A stretch of 64,000 nucleotides of DNA from Geminicoccaceae bacterium (GTDB lineage Bacteria; Pseudomonadota; Alphaproteobacteria; Geminicoccales; Geminicoccaceae): the NCBI GenBank assembly GCA_041750975.1, contig JBGSYN010000104.1:970-64969 (forward strand). The letters run 5' to 3'. Made by a program: the position numbers and the translations under genes. Each line of letters opens with the position of its first letter. The stretch's first letter is position 1. This document shows, in pieces, positions 43,662 through 53,690 of this stretch. The notes under the pieces were generated by a model that saw only the letters and a list, made by a program, of their open reading frames with translations, had not been told where the DNA came from and searched no databases.

Positions 43662-46600
43662 TCACTCCGCCGGCGACGGCACCGCCTCGCCGAGACCCCG
43701 GTCGCGGGACCGATCGCGCCGCAACCACGCCCCGACCCTGATCAGGAAACTCCGGTTATTGGCGCCCCAGACCAGGAGGCAGGGTGTCAAAATGAGCGTC
43801 AGCAGCGTGGCAAAGGCGAGGCCACCGGCGACGGCAGACGAGAGCTGCGCCCACCAGTCCGTTGAGGGCCCGCCGGCCCCGATCCGGGGGGCGAAGAGAT
43901 CGATATTGAGCCTGAAGACCATCGGCAACAGGCCGAGGATCGTCGTAATCGTCGTCAACATGACGGGCCGCAGCCTTTGCGCACCGGTCCGCACGGCAGC
44001 GTCGATGACGTCGAGGCCGCGGTGCCGCAACTCGTTATAGGTGTCGATCAGGACGATGTTGTTGTTGACGACGATGCCGGCGAGCGCGATTACGCCGACC
44101 CCGCTCATGACGATGCCGAACGGCTGCTGCATCACCATCAGACCGAGCAGGACGCCCACTGTCGAAAAGACGATGGCGCTGAGGATCAAGGCCGCCTGAT
44201 AGAAGCTGTTGAATTGCGTCACCAGGATAATGGCGATCAGGAAGAGCGCGACGCCGAAGGCCTTGCTGAGGAAGGCCTGAGCCTCCTGCTGCTCCTCGTC
44301 CTCGCCCTTGAACACGACCAGAACGTCGCGCGGGATATCCTGGGTGGCGAGCCAGCTCCGCACTTCCTGGACCTTGCCGTCGACCAGCACGCCTTCTTCG
44401 ACATCGGCCGACACCGCCAGCACGCGCTTGCCGTCGATGCGGCGCAACGCACCGGTCTTGGGGGCCGGATAGCGGTCGATGAAGTTCGTGACCGGCACCG
44501 CACCCCGCTCGGTATTGACGACCATTTCGTCGAACCTTTCGAGATGCCTGTCGTCGAACGGGAAGCGGGCGCGGATGTCGATCTCGTCCTCGGCGTCATC
44601 GGGGCGGTAGGTGCCGATCAGCACGCCATTGGTGATCATCTGCAGCGTCGAGCCGACCGAGACGATATCCGTGCCGAAGCGGCTCGCCTCCTCGCGATCG
44701 ACGTCGATCCGCCACTCGATGCCCGGGATGGGCCTGGTGTCGCTGACGTCCTTGAGGCCTTCCATCTGATCGAGATGGGCTCGAACCTTGTCGACCACGG
44801 GCTCGATCAGCGACGGGTTTCTTGAGGAGATCTCGACCTGAATGGGCTTACCGACCGGCGGTCCCGATTCTTCCTCGCGCGTCTCGATATGGAGGCCTGC
44901 AAGATCGCGCGTGCGGTCTAGGATCTCCTGGAGGATCTCGGCCGCTGGCCGGCGTTGATCGTGCGGCAGGAACTCGATCTGGAGGTTGCCGATGACATCC
45001 TCGTCGATATCGCCGCCGCCGCTTTGGAATTCGACCGCCGTGCGCGTATAGAGCTTGTCGATGCCCTCGACCTCGAGAATCCGGTCGGCAACCTGCCGGA
45101 CCAGTGCGTCCCGCTCGAAAACCGAGAAATTGCCCCGGCTGTGGACGTGAATCTGCGCCTGTTCGGGTTCGACGTCGGGAAAGAATTCAACACCTTTGCC
45201 GAAGGTCCCATAGGCCGCATAGACACCGACCGCGATCACGATGGCGCCGAAGAGAACGCTCCAGATGCGCCATGGCCGGGCGACGAGGAATGACAAGGTG
45301 CGGGCATAAGCACCGGTCAGCCCGGGCAGGGATCGCAAATCGCCCCCCTCCGCGGCAGCCAGCGCGCGCATGGTTTCCGGATTGCCGGCCTCCGCCTTGC
45401 CGAAGATGGCCCCGAGATTGGGGACGAAGATCAACGCCATCGCCAGCGAGGCGGTAAGCGTCGCAAGCAGGGTGATCGGCAGGTACTTCATGAACTCGCC
45501 GACGATGCCGGGCCAGAAGACCAGCGGCAGGAAGGCGGCAAGGGTGGTCGCGGTCGATGCCGTGATCGGCCACGCCATCCGGGTCGCGGCGAGCTTATAG
45601 GCCTCGCGGCGGTGCATCCCCTCGCTCATCTTGCGATCGGCGAGTTCGGTGACGACGATCGCGCCATCGACCAGCATGCCGACGGCCAGGATCAGGCCGA
45701 ACAGGACGACGATATTGATGGTGAGGCCGGCAATACCCAGCACCAGAATGCCGACGAGGAACGAGCCGGGGACGGCGAAGCCGACGAGGAAGGCCGTGCG
45801 CAGCCCCAATGCGGCGACGACGACGATCATCACCAGGAGGATCGCGGAAAGGACGTTGTTCTGCAGGTCCTGCAGCATCGAGCGGATATCGTCGGACTTG
45901 TCCTGGGTGAAACCCACTTCGACGGTTTGAGGCCAGCGGGTCTGTTCCTCGAGGACGACCGCTTTGACCTGCTCGATGGTCTCGATGATGTTGGCGCCGA
46001 TCCGCTTGCTAACCTCGAGCGCCAGGGCCGGGCGGCCGTCGACCCAGGCAAAGCCCTGGGGATCCTTGAAGGTGCGGCGTAGGGAGGCGATGTCGCGGAA
46101 GCGCACGACGGTATCGCCGTCGACCTTGAGCGGCAGGTTCAGAATGTCTTCCGACGTCTCGAAGACGCCCGGAATCTTGACCGAAAAGCGGCCCTGCCCG
46201 CTGTCGAGGGCGCCTGCTGCGACCAGCTGATTGTTGCGGCCGACGATATTGAGCAGGCTCTCGAGTTCGAGACCGTAGGACTTGACCTGCAAGGGATCGA
46301 CGATCACTTCAAGGACTTCCTCGCGTTCGCCGGCGATCTCGGCCTCGAGCACGTTCGGCAGGGCCTCGATCCGGTCCTGCAGATCGCGGGCCAGTTGCAG
46401 CATCGTCCGCTCCGGCGCGTCGCCGCTGAGTGTGACGACCAGCACCGGAAACAGCGCCAGATTGACTTCGTTGACGGTCGGCTCGTCGGTTTCGTCCGGC
46501 AGTTCCGCTTTGGCGATGTCGACCTTTTCGCGAACGTCGTTCAAGGCCTCGTCGATATCGACGCCGGCCTCGAATTCGAGCGTCACCGAGGCCTGACCCT

Positions 46601-46859
46601 CATTGGCGGTGCCGCTCATTTCCTTCACACCCTCGATGCCCTGGAGTTCCTGCTCCATGGGGCGCACCAAAAGGCGCTCGGCATCTTCCGGCGAAATGCC
46701 GTCATGGGTCATCGACACATAGATCGTCGGGATCTGGATGTCGGGCTCGGATTCGGTCGGGATAGTCGTATAGACGGTCACGCCGGCGACGATCAGCAGG
46801 AGCAGGACCAGCAGGACGGTCCGCGATCGCTCGAACGAGACCGCGATCAGCGATTTCAT
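43662..46859 (-). CDS. RND efflux transporter permease (AcrB/HAE1-like)
   Basis: About 1065 aa with a 12-TM, two-large-loop architecture. Typical N-terminus MKSLIAVSFERSRTVLLVLLLLIVAG, plus GLLPMVF and AIVVTE-type motifs. Its start overlaps the MFP stop (ATGA). Confidence 0.9.
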   Translation of the reverse strand: MKSLIAVSFERSRTVLLVLLLLIVAGVTVYTTIPTESEPDIQIPTIYVSMTHDGISPEDAERLLVRPMEQELQGIEGVKEMSGTANEGQASVTLEFEAGVDIDEALNDVREKVDIAKAELPDETDEPTVNEVNLALFPVLVVTLSGDAPERTMLQLARDLQDRIEALPNVLEAEIAGEREEVLEVIVDPLQVKSYGLELESLLNIVGRNNQLVAAGALDSGQGRFSVKIPGVFETSEDILNLPLKVDGDTVVRFRDIASLRRTFKDPQGFAWVDGRPALALEVSKRIGANIIETIEQVKAVVLEEQTRWPQTVEVGFTQDKSDDIRSMLQDLQNNVLSAILLVMIVVVAALGLRTAFLVGFAVPGSFLVGILVLGIAGLTINIVVLFGLILAVGMLVDGAIVVTELADRKMSEGMHRREAYKLAATRMAWPITASTATTLAAFLPLVFWPGIVGEFMKYLPITLLATLTASLAMALIFVPNLGAIFGKAEAGNPETMRALAAAEGGDLRSLPGLTGAYARTLSFLVARPWRIWSVLFGAIVIAVGVYAAYGTFGKGVEFFPDVEPEQAQIHVHSRGNFSVFERDALVRQVADRILEVEGIDKLYTRTAVEFQSGGGDIDEDVIGNLQIEFLPHDQRRPAAEILQEILDRTRDLAGLHIETREEESGPPVGKPIQVEISSRNPSLIEPVVDKVRAHLDQMEGLKDVSDTRPIPGIEWRIDVDREEASRFGTDIVSVGSTLQMITNGVLIGTYRPDDAEDEIDIRARFPFDDRHLERFDEMVVNTERGAVPVTNFIDRYPAPKTGALRRIDGKRVLAVSADVEEGVLVDGKVQEVRSWLATQDIPRDVLVVFKGEDEEQQEAQAFLSKAFGVALFLIAIILVTQFNSFYQAALILSAIVFSTVGVLLGLMVMQQPFGIVMSGVGVIALAGIVVNNNIVLIDTYNELRHRGLDVIDAAVRTGAQRLRPVMLTTITTILGLLPMVFRLNIDLFAPRIGAGGPSTDWWAQLSSAVAGGLAFATLLTLILTPCLLVWGANNRSFLIRVGAWLRRDRSRDRGLGEAVPSPAE

Positions 46860-47995
46860 GTGGGCGCTCCGGCACTGGCCTGGGCCAACGGGGTCGAGGC
46901 GCTGGTATCGATCACCTCGACCTCCTGGCCCGCCGAAACGAAGCCCTGACCGACCGTGATGATCCGCACCGTTTCGGGCAGACCCTTGAGCCATACCGAA
47001 TCGGCTTCGGACCGAACGATCTGGGCCGGATGGAATTGCACGATGTCGTTCTCGTCGACCGCCTTGATGCCCAGCATGCCACGATCGTCCAGGACGAGAA
47101 GGCCGGAACTCACTTTATGGGCCGGGACCTCCTCGAGATTGAGCGTGACAGCAGCGCTGACGCCGGAGGGATAGCGGCCGTCCGCATTGGCCGCGTCGAG
47201 CTCGATGCGGAAGGTGCGTGTCGCAGCGCTAGCCTGGGACGCAACGTAGCTGACCTCGGCCTCGAACTCGACGCCTGAAACGATACGCACTTTTCCCATC
47301 ATGCTTTTTTCGACCAGCCCCGCCACGTTTTCCGGAATATCGGCAACGATGACGAGAGGATCGTTGTCGATGACCCGCGCGACCGGATCGCCGATATCGA
47401 CGAAATCGCCGATCTCGACATAGCGGCCGTCGAGCACGCCTGAGAACGGTGCCCTGATCTCGGTGTTCTTGAGTTCGATCCGCGCGTGTTCGAGTGTTGC
47501 CTGGGCCTGTTCGTAATAGGCCTCCATCTCGGCGACGCTGGTTTCCGCCTGAAACCCCTTTTGTCCAAGTCTCCGCGAGGCCGAGCGTTCGATCTCGCGC
47601 TGTTTCAGCAAGGCCTCGGAATGTTTGACGTTCGCCTCGCGGTCGCGGCGGTCGAGTTGAATGATGATCTCACCCTGTTCGACGCGGCTGCCCTTTTCGA
47701 CGAGAACATCTTGGACGGCACCCGCGACTTCGACCTTCAATTCGACACTGCGGTCGGGTTCGGAGTAGCCGTCGGCGAGGATTTCGCGTGTGATTGGCTT
47801 GGCCGTCATGGTTTCGGCCCGAACCGCCGCCAAAGGCTTGGTCGGTGCCGGCGGCGCTTCCTCATTGACGGGCATGGCCGAAGTGGCACCATCGGGATCG
47901 CCCGCCATCAATTGCGCTATGTCGACATAGGGCGAGGCCAGCCAAGCGCCGGCCGCAAGTGCTATGGCGCCGGCAATGAGGTAGGAGGATCTCAT
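46856..47995 (-). CDS. RND efflux periplasmic adaptor (membrane fusion protein)
   Basis: N-terminal anchor, a coiled-coil hairpin region (EANVKHSEALLKQREIERSA...EQAQATLEHARIELKNTEIRAPFSGVL), and lipoyl and beta-barrel segments. Confidence 0.85.
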   Translation of the reverse strand: MRSSYLIAGAIALAAGAWLASPYVDIAQLMAGDPDGATSAMPVNEEAPPAPTKPLAAVRAETMTAKPITREILADGYSEPDRSVELKVEVAGAVQDVLVEKGSRVEQGEIIIQLDRRDREANVKHSEALLKQREIERSASRRLGQKGFQAETSVAEMEAYYEQAQATLEHARIELKNTEIRAPFSGVLDGRYVEIGDFVDIGDPVARVIDNDPLVIVADIPENVAGLVEKSMMGKVRIVSGVEFEAEVSYVASQASAATRTFRIELDAANADGRYPSGVSAAVTLNLEEVPAHKVSSGLLVLDDRGMLGIKAVDENDIVQFHPAQIVRSEADSVWLKGLPETVRIITVGQGFVSAGQEVEVIDTSASTPLAQASAGAPT

Positions 47996-47996
47996 G

Positions 47997-48617
47997 CTAT
48001 TCTCCCGCCATCATGATTTCGGACGGTTTGGGCGAAGCAGCGACTGGCTCGTCATCGTCGAGCTCGGGTTCCTCCGGGGCGCCGATCTCGCGTAGCAGCT
48101 GGGGTTTCTGCCGCTTCGTGTAGGCAAGTGCTGCGGTCAGCACGGCTCGCCCATAGCCGCAGGCGAACCTCTGGCCGGGTGTCATCGTGTTCGGATCGCC
48201 GCCCGAATGCTCTTTTTCGAAGGTGTCGATGTCATCGAGGAGGAAGCTCTCCCATTTCTCGATCATGCCGTCGATGACTCCGGCGACGTGCTGGGCCGGC
48301 ATCAGATGCGCGAAATAGATCAGCACCAGAAATTCGGAGCGCACCCGGTGCCGCGGTCCGGTCGAGATCAGTTCGTCGCGCAACGCCTCGCGGCCGGCAT
48401 CGGTGATCTCGTAAATCTTCTTGTCGGGCCGGTTGCTCTGCTCGACCGAAGTGACGGAAACCAGACCGTCACTGGCGAGTTGGGCCAGGGCCGGATAGAT
48501 CGAGCTGAAGCCTGCCAGAAAGAAGTGACGGAATCCGACCTCGAACTGCTTCTTGATCTCGTAGCCGGTCTGGGGCTGTGCGGAGAGCACTCCCAGACAA
48601 AGTGTCTTGACGTCCAT
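47997..48617 (-). CDS. PadR family transcriptional regulator
   Basis: Winged-helix signature LCLGVLSAQPQTGYEIKKQF...SIYPALAQLASDGLV...KKIYEITDAGREAL. It lies 1 nt upstream of the MFP gene. Confidence 0.85.
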   Translation of the reverse strand: MDVKTLCLGVLSAQPQTGYEIKKQFEVGFRHFFLAGFSSIYPALAQLASDGLVSVTSVEQSNRPDKKIYEITDAGREALRDELISTGPRHRVRSEFLVLIYFAHLMPAQHVAGVIDGMIEKWESFLLDDIDTFEKEHSGGDPNTMTPGQRFACGYGRAVLTAALAYTKRQKPQLLREIGAPEEPELDDDEPVAASPKPSEIMMAGE

Positions 48618-48650
48618 TCGGAGCGAAACCCAAGCTGAGGTGTATCGAAC

Positions 48651-48686
48651 TGATATATATCATTCCGGAATATATCGAGTCGATAT
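48651..48686. promoter_or_regulatory. Two perfect palindromes in the padR promoter region (candidate operators)
   Basis: TGATATATATCA (48651-48662) and ATATCGA-G-TCGATAT (48672-48686) lie in the AT-rich 112-bp gap upstream of padR. Confidence 0.4.
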
Positions 48687-48729
48687 TTTTTGGCTCATGA
48701 AACTCGGCTCGACCCCTCGCGGGCCCCCT

Positions 48730-49278
48730 TCAGATGCGATCGCCCTTCTGCTCGGCGCGCAGGCGTTCGATGTGGACCCGCGGGCCCTCCATATTCGGGT
48801 TGATCTCGAGTGCCGCTTCGAAGCTGCGGATCGCCGCCTCGTTCTCGTCGAGCGCCATGTAGATCAGGCCGAGCCCGGAAAGGGCGCCGAAATGCCTCGG
48901 CTCGAGCGCGAGTGTGCGTTGGATGTCGAGCACCGAGCCCTCATAATTGCCGGTCACGAAATAGAGCGTGGCGCGGCGGTTCCAGGCTTCGGCAAACTCC
49001 GGCTCGCGCGCGATCAGTTCATTGTATCGGGCAAGTGCCACGTCGTAGAGACGGCTGGCCATGGCGGCATTGCCCTGGCTCATCAATAGGGCGCTCTGGT
49101 CATCCTCGGTATCGTTCCAGATGGTCCAGATCCGCTGCTCGATCTGACGCGCCTCGCCGGCTCCGTCGGCATCGTGAAGGGCCGTGAAAAGCGGCTCGAG
49201 TCGCTGGTCCGCCTGATCGGCCCGTAGCGGGCCGGGGATCGCCAAGAAAAGTGCCAATGCCAGTATCAGAAGACGCAT
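48730..49278 (-). CDS. Secreted tetratricopeptide-repeat protein
   Basis: Signal peptide MRLLILALALFLAIPGPLRA, followed by TPR-like repeats (AEAWNRRATLYFVTGNYEGSVLDIQRTLALEPRHFGALSGLGLIYMALDENEAAIRSFEAALEINP). Confidence 0.7.
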   Translation of the reverse strand: MRLLILALALFLAIPGPLRADQADQRLEPLFTALHDADGAGEARQIEQRIWTIWNDTEDDQSALLMSQGNAAMASRLYDVALARYNELIAREPEFAEAWNRRATLYFVTGNYEGSVLDIQRTLALEPRHFGALSGLGLIYMALDENEAAIRSFEAALEINPNMEGPRVHIERLRAEQKGDRI

Positions 49279-49414
49279 CCGCCGATCCCCTGAGGTTTCC
49301 GTCTTCAAGGGAGATGGATCAGGGCAACCCGCAATCGAGTCCAGCGATCGGATCGGTATTCAGGCGGCGGCAGTCGCTGGCCAACGCTGCCTCATCACTC
49401 GCGCAAGGTGGCGA

Positions 49415-50251
49415 TTACAGTGCAGCCTTAAGAGCGGGCGCCGCAGTGCGTTCGACAGCGTGGACCGCCTCCGAGAGCAACTGATCGAGGGCGCCGTCGT
49501 GATAGAGGCCGACATGGTCCTCGCCGGGAAGCGTCCGGGTGAAGACCACGTTTTCCAAACCGTCGATGAGTGCCTCGGTGTGTCGTCGCGGCACGATCGT
49601 GTCGTCACCGGCGATGATGACGGCTGTCGGGACGTCGACGCCCTTGAGATATTTTGCGCTGTCGAACGGGTGGCGGAGCAGCATCTTGACCGGAGCCCAG
49701 AAAAACCGGTCCTGGCCGATGGCCGCCACCGAATCGAAGGGGGTCACCAGGACCAGCCCGTCGAGCGGCCGCTCACCGGCGAGATAGGCGGCAACCCCGG
49801 TGCCGATGCTGAGGCCGATGGCCACCGTGTGCTTCGGTTCGATCAGTTGCCGGAGATGATCGTAGATGAGGAGGGCATCGGCGAAGAAAGCGGCCTCGCC
49901 GGGTTCGCCCTCGCTCGGGGTGTAGCCGCGGTAGTGGAACACGGCGACATCGTGCTCCGGCAGCCGATGGCTGAGGAAGACCGTGCAGTCGTCGGCCTGC
50001 CACGCATTGCCGGCAAAGCCGATGACCAGGCCGCGGTTGGTCGCACCGCGTGCCGGAACCAGATTGCCGTGAATGACCTCGCCCGAGGCCGTAGTGAGCT
50101 TAAGTCGCCGCGTCTTTTCGGGCAAAACATAGCTCGCCTCGCCGACCATTCCGGTCGGGAAAATCAGCCGCTCCTGAAACGCCCAGAGCGCGCCGATCGC
50201 CACGACATAGAGGGCGGCAAGACCCGCCAAGATCCAATAGACTGATGTCAC
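49415..50251 (-). CDS. Membrane-anchored alpha/beta hydrolase
   Basis: N-terminal TM helix, nucleophile elbow GLSIGTG, and late Asp and His (IAGDDTIV, GEDHVG). Confidence 0.75.
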   Translation of the reverse strand: MTSVYWILAGLAALYVVAIGALWAFQERLIFPTGMVGEASYVLPEKTRRLKLTTASGEVIHGNLVPARGATNRGLVIGFAGNAWQADDCTVFLSHRLPEHDVAVFHYRGYTPSEGEPGEAAFFADALLIYDHLRQLIEPKHTVAIGLSIGTGVAAYLAGERPLDGLVLVTPFDSVAAIGQDRFFWAPVKMLLRHPFDSAKYLKGVDVPTAVIIAGDDTIVPRRHTEALIDGLENVVFTRTLPGEDHVGLYHDGALDQLLSEAVHAVERTAAPALKAAL

Positions 50252-50340
50252 GGGGGTGTTCTTCGATGATGCTGGAGGCTGCAGCGCTCTAAGATGAGGC
50301 GTCGCCGGGGCGGGTCAATGTCCGGCCGGCGGATAGCGCT

Positions 50341-52266
50341 CTAAAGAAGGGGGTTCTCGCCAAGCATGCTCGTACAGAAGCGGGCCGGCGGGCCGGCGGT
50401 GGCGGTCTTTAGCCAGGGCATGCAGAGCTCGGCCGTAGCAAGTTCTTCCTGACCGAAAAAGCCCTCGAGCGCGTCGCAAAAGCTGTCACGGACGATCGCG
50501 AACTGCTCGCGGGTCTGGAGGCCGACCAGCACGACCCGAAAGTCGAGCGACTTGGCGGCGCCGATCATCGACAGCAGGAAGCTGCTGCAACGGCTTCGCC
50601 CCCCGGTTGCCGGCAGCATCGAGGGGGCGAAGCGGACGGTGTCGACGGGCGCATCGCGCAGGACCGCCGCCGAGGCGTTGCCGCCCGAGAAATTATCGAT
50701 GGCGATGCGCAGGCCGAGTTCGCGGAGGGCTTGCAGAACTCGGCTGCCGGTCTCGACTTCCTCGGCGATATGTTCCTCGCGGATCTCGAGTTCGATGGCA
50801 CTCGGCAACAGCGCATGCCGCAACAGTCGGTCCGTGGCCCGGCTGGCGACCCGTTTCCAGGAAAGCTGCCGGCGGGACAGCAGCGGCAAGGCGACATGCA
50901 GCTTGCCGATGCCTTCGCCATGCCAGACTTTGAGGTTCTCGCAGGTTTCCTCGATCATCCAGTCGGTGACCGCATCGAGAATGCCGCTCTCTTCGGCCAA
51001 ACGGCGAAAACGAGCGGGCTCGATGCGCCCCTGCTTGGGATGCTCCCAAAGAATGCTGGCGCCGATGCCGACCCGGTTGTCCCGTAAAGTGACCTGCGGG
51101 CGGAATCCAAGGGAAAACTCGCCGCGCTCGAAGGCCGTCTTGATCTCGGATTTGACGATCACCGCACCGGCGCTGATATCCTGGCAGGCCGGGTCGTTGA
51201 ACCGGTAGGCATTGCCGCCTTCGTTCTTGGCGCGGTACATCGCGGCGTCGGCGAACCGCAGCAATTGCTCGCCATTGTCGCCGTCGGCCGGGAAAATGGC
51301 GATGCCGATGCTGGCGCTGACGATGATCGTCTCATCGCCGATGGTCATCGGCTCGGCCAGGGTTTCGAGCACCTTCTGGCCCACCGTCCCGGCGCCGTCC
51401 GGATCCTTCAGATCCTCGATCAGGATAGTGAACTCGTCGCCGCCGGGCCGGCCCACCGTGTCGCTTTCGCGGAGCCGGCCTATCAGCCTGGAGGCGACTT
51501 CCTGCAACAGGCGGTCGCCGGCCGGATGGCCGAGGCGGTCGTTGACGGTCTTGAAATTGTCGAGGTCGAGGACGAAAATGCCGACCATCGTGCGGTGCCG
51601 CCGCGCCGAGGCCAGGGCGCGTTCCAGACGGTCGTTGAGCAAAGTTCGGTTGGCGAGGCCGGTCAAATCGTCGAATTGCGAGAGGTGGGTGATCCGATCG
51701 GCGATTTGACGACGTGCCGCGGCGAAGCGGAGGCTGCGTTCGAGCCGGCCGGTATCCCACTCCTCCTTGTCGATGAAGTCGGCGACGCCGAGTTCCGCCG
51801 CCTCGACGTCGAGGTCGGGATCCGGCATGCCGCTGACCAGGATCATCGGCGTGCGAAACCCGCGGCGCTGCGCCATGCGGACGAAATCGAGGCCGTCCCG
51901 GCCGGGCAGCCGATAATCGACGAGACAGGCGTCGTAGCTGCTGCTGGCGAGATAGCGCAGGCCGATTTCGACATTGGGTGCGGCTTCGACGCTGAACTCG
52001 CAGATTTCGGCGCGCCCCAAGAGGTCCTTGACGATGGCCACATCCGCCTGGTCGTCCTCGATCAAGAGCACGGAGATTTTCTGTTTTGCCGAGCCCCAGG
52101 GCGTATCGTTGTTGGCCGCGAGAACCCGGGTCGAAGGCAGCGTGTTGCCGAGGGGGATAACCTCGTGGCTGTCGAATTGGGCCGCGCCGTCATGGAGTCC
52201 GGGCCGGTCGGCGGATTGCCCGGAGCCTGGCCGCTCAGGTATGTCGATATTCCACATCGCCCGCAT
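50341..52266 (-). CDS. Response-regulator receiver fused to GGDEF and a degenerate EAL domain
   Basis: The REC domain (VLLIEDDQAD, LVDYRLPGRDG), the GGDEF motif (GRPGGDEF) and the RxxD I-site (RESD) are all intact. The EAL-fold domain has most catalytic motifs substituted (see finding). Confidence 0.85.
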   Translation of the reverse strand: MRAMWNIDIPERPGSGQSADRPGLHDGAAQFDSHEVIPLGNTLPSTRVLAANNDTPWGSAKQKISVLLIEDDQADVAIVKDLLGRAEICEFSVEAAPNVEIGLRYLASSSYDACLVDYRLPGRDGLDFVRMAQRRGFRTPMILVSGMPDPDLDVEAAELGVADFIDKEEWDTGRLERSLRFAAARRQIADRITHLSQFDDLTGLANRTLLNDRLERALASARRHRTMVGIFVLDLDNFKTVNDRLGHPAGDRLLQEVASRLIGRLRESDTVGRPGGDEFTILIEDLKDPDGAGTVGQKVLETLAEPMTIGDETIIVSASIGIAIFPADGDNGEQLLRFADAAMYRAKNEGGNAYRFNDPACQDISAGAVIVKSEIKTAFERGEFSLGFRPQVTLRDNRVGIGASILWEHPKQGRIEPARFRRLAEESGILDAVTDWMIEETCENLKVWHGEGIGKLHVALPLLSRRQLSWKRVASRATDRLLRHALLPSAIELEIREEHIAEEVETGSRVLQALRELGLRIAIDNFSGGNASAAVLRDAPVDTVRFAPSMLPATGGRSRCSSFLLSMIGAAKSLDFRVVLVGLQTREQFAIVRDSFCDALEGFFGQEELATAELCMPWLKTATAGPPARFCTSMLGENPLL

Positions 52267-52372
52267 TCATGCCGCAATCGCTACTTCACGTAGAATTATC
52301 TTAAAATTTATTAAACCTCAAGTAGATAGCAGGTGTCAACTCGAGGTGAGCGGCGGCGCTGGAACGCGCTGG

Positions 52373-53659
52373 TTACTGGGTCAGTTGTGGCCGGAATTCG
52401 CTCGGCATCGGGTCGATCACCTGCGGCCGGCCGGCGTCGACCTCGAGAATGGCGAGACCATGATCGGTCAGGCCGTCCGGCCGGAGCCGGAATATCCCCG
52501 TCTGTCCCTGATAGCCCGAAGGCGAGGTGAGCAAGGCCACCGGAAAGGTCCGATCCCGGCCGGCAGCACTCATGGCGAGGGTCGTCGCATCGAAGGCGAG
52601 GGCAGCCAACCGGTGCGGCTTGCGGCCGAAGGCCTCGCGGAAACGAAGGTCGAAGCGCTCCTCCAAAAGGGGGTCGACATCGGCGAACCAGCCGCCTTGC
52701 AGGGCCGGCTCGCGCAGGACGCTGAGGTCTTCCCGCCAGAGATCGGTGCCCAGCAATTGGACATCCTGGGTGCTGACATCATAGAAGGCGAGGAGGGCCG
52801 CGATGCCGCGCAGGCGGACGCTGCCGTCGGCGATCAACAACGCATCGGCGCCGTCGAACGGTGCAGCCTCGGTGACTTCCTGGCCCGGGTCGGTCCCGGG
52901 CGAGCGTGCGGCCCGTGCCTCCTTCAGCCTCGCATCGTACCGCGTGAAATTGCGGATGACGCTGGAAAGCTCGCCCATCTCCATCGGAAAAGTCACGCCG
53001 CGGGCCGGCGGTTCGGGCAGCAGGGCCGGGTCGGTCGAGGCCGATTGCTGCATCTCGCGCCATGCCGTGAGCGCCCGTGCGCCATAGGGATTATCCGGCA
53101 CCAGCGCGTCGATCCGGGTCAGGCCCCGGCTCCGGGCAAAGCCCATCACCCGCTCGACCTGCTCTTCGGGGCGGAAGCCGAGCACGAAGAGGTTCGGTGC
53201 GGCGATCGAGGCGTCATTGGAGAAGGACATGACCTTGAGGTCTTCGGCGGCGGCGATCGGGCCTACGGCGCGGGCTGCTGCGGCGAACAACGGACCGACG
53301 ATGATCTCGGCACCGTCCTCGATCGCCGACCGCACGGCGGCTTCAGCACCGGCCGGCGTGCTGGCCGTATCGCGCGGCAGCAGCACGACCTCGTCGGTCC
53401 GCGAGAACAGGGCCAATTCCGCCGCCGCCAGAATATCCTGGCCGACATCCGCTGCAGCGCCGCTCAAGGGTGCGAGGAACGCGATCCTGACCGGTCCGAC
53501 CGGCACGGGCTCGACCGGCAGAGGGGTTGCGACGACGGGTTCCCGGGGTGGTGCCGGCGGCTGATAGGTGGTGCAGGAGGCGAGCAAGGCAAAGCAACTG
53601 ACAAGCAGCGCCACGCTGCCAAATCGTGCTATGGTACCTATCTTATCGGGGTGGGTCAT
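52373..53659 (-). CDS. Penicillin-binding protein activator-like lipoprotein (LpoA/LppC family, type I periplasmic-binding fold)
   Basis: Lipobox (FALLASC), then IAFLAPLSGAAADVGQDILAAAELAL...IIVGPLF, typical of the family. It is divergent from rsmI-yraN, as lpoA is in E. coli. Start at MTHPDK preferred. Confidence 0.65.
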   Translation of the reverse strand: MTHPDKIGTIARFGSVALLVSCFALLASCTTYQPPAPPREPVVATPLPVEPVPVGPVRIAFLAPLSGAAADVGQDILAAAELALFSRTDEVVLLPRDTASTPAGAEAAVRSAIEDGAEIIVGPLFAAAARAVGPIAAAEDLKVMSFSNDASIAAPNLFVLGFRPEEQVERVMGFARSRGLTRIDALVPDNPYGARALTAWREMQQSASTDPALLPEPPARGVTFPMEMGELSSVIRNFTRYDARLKEARAARSPGTDPGQEVTEAAPFDGADALLIADGSVRLRGIAALLAFYDVSTQDVQLLGTDLWREDLSVLREPALQGGWFADVDPLLEERFDLRFREAFGRKPHRLAALAFDATTLAMSAAGRDRTFPVALLTSPSGYQGQTGIFRLRPDGLTDHGLAILEVDAGRPQVIDPMPSEFRPQLTQ

Positions 53660-53690
53660 GAGCACGCGCCGTTCAATGACCGGATGAGCC

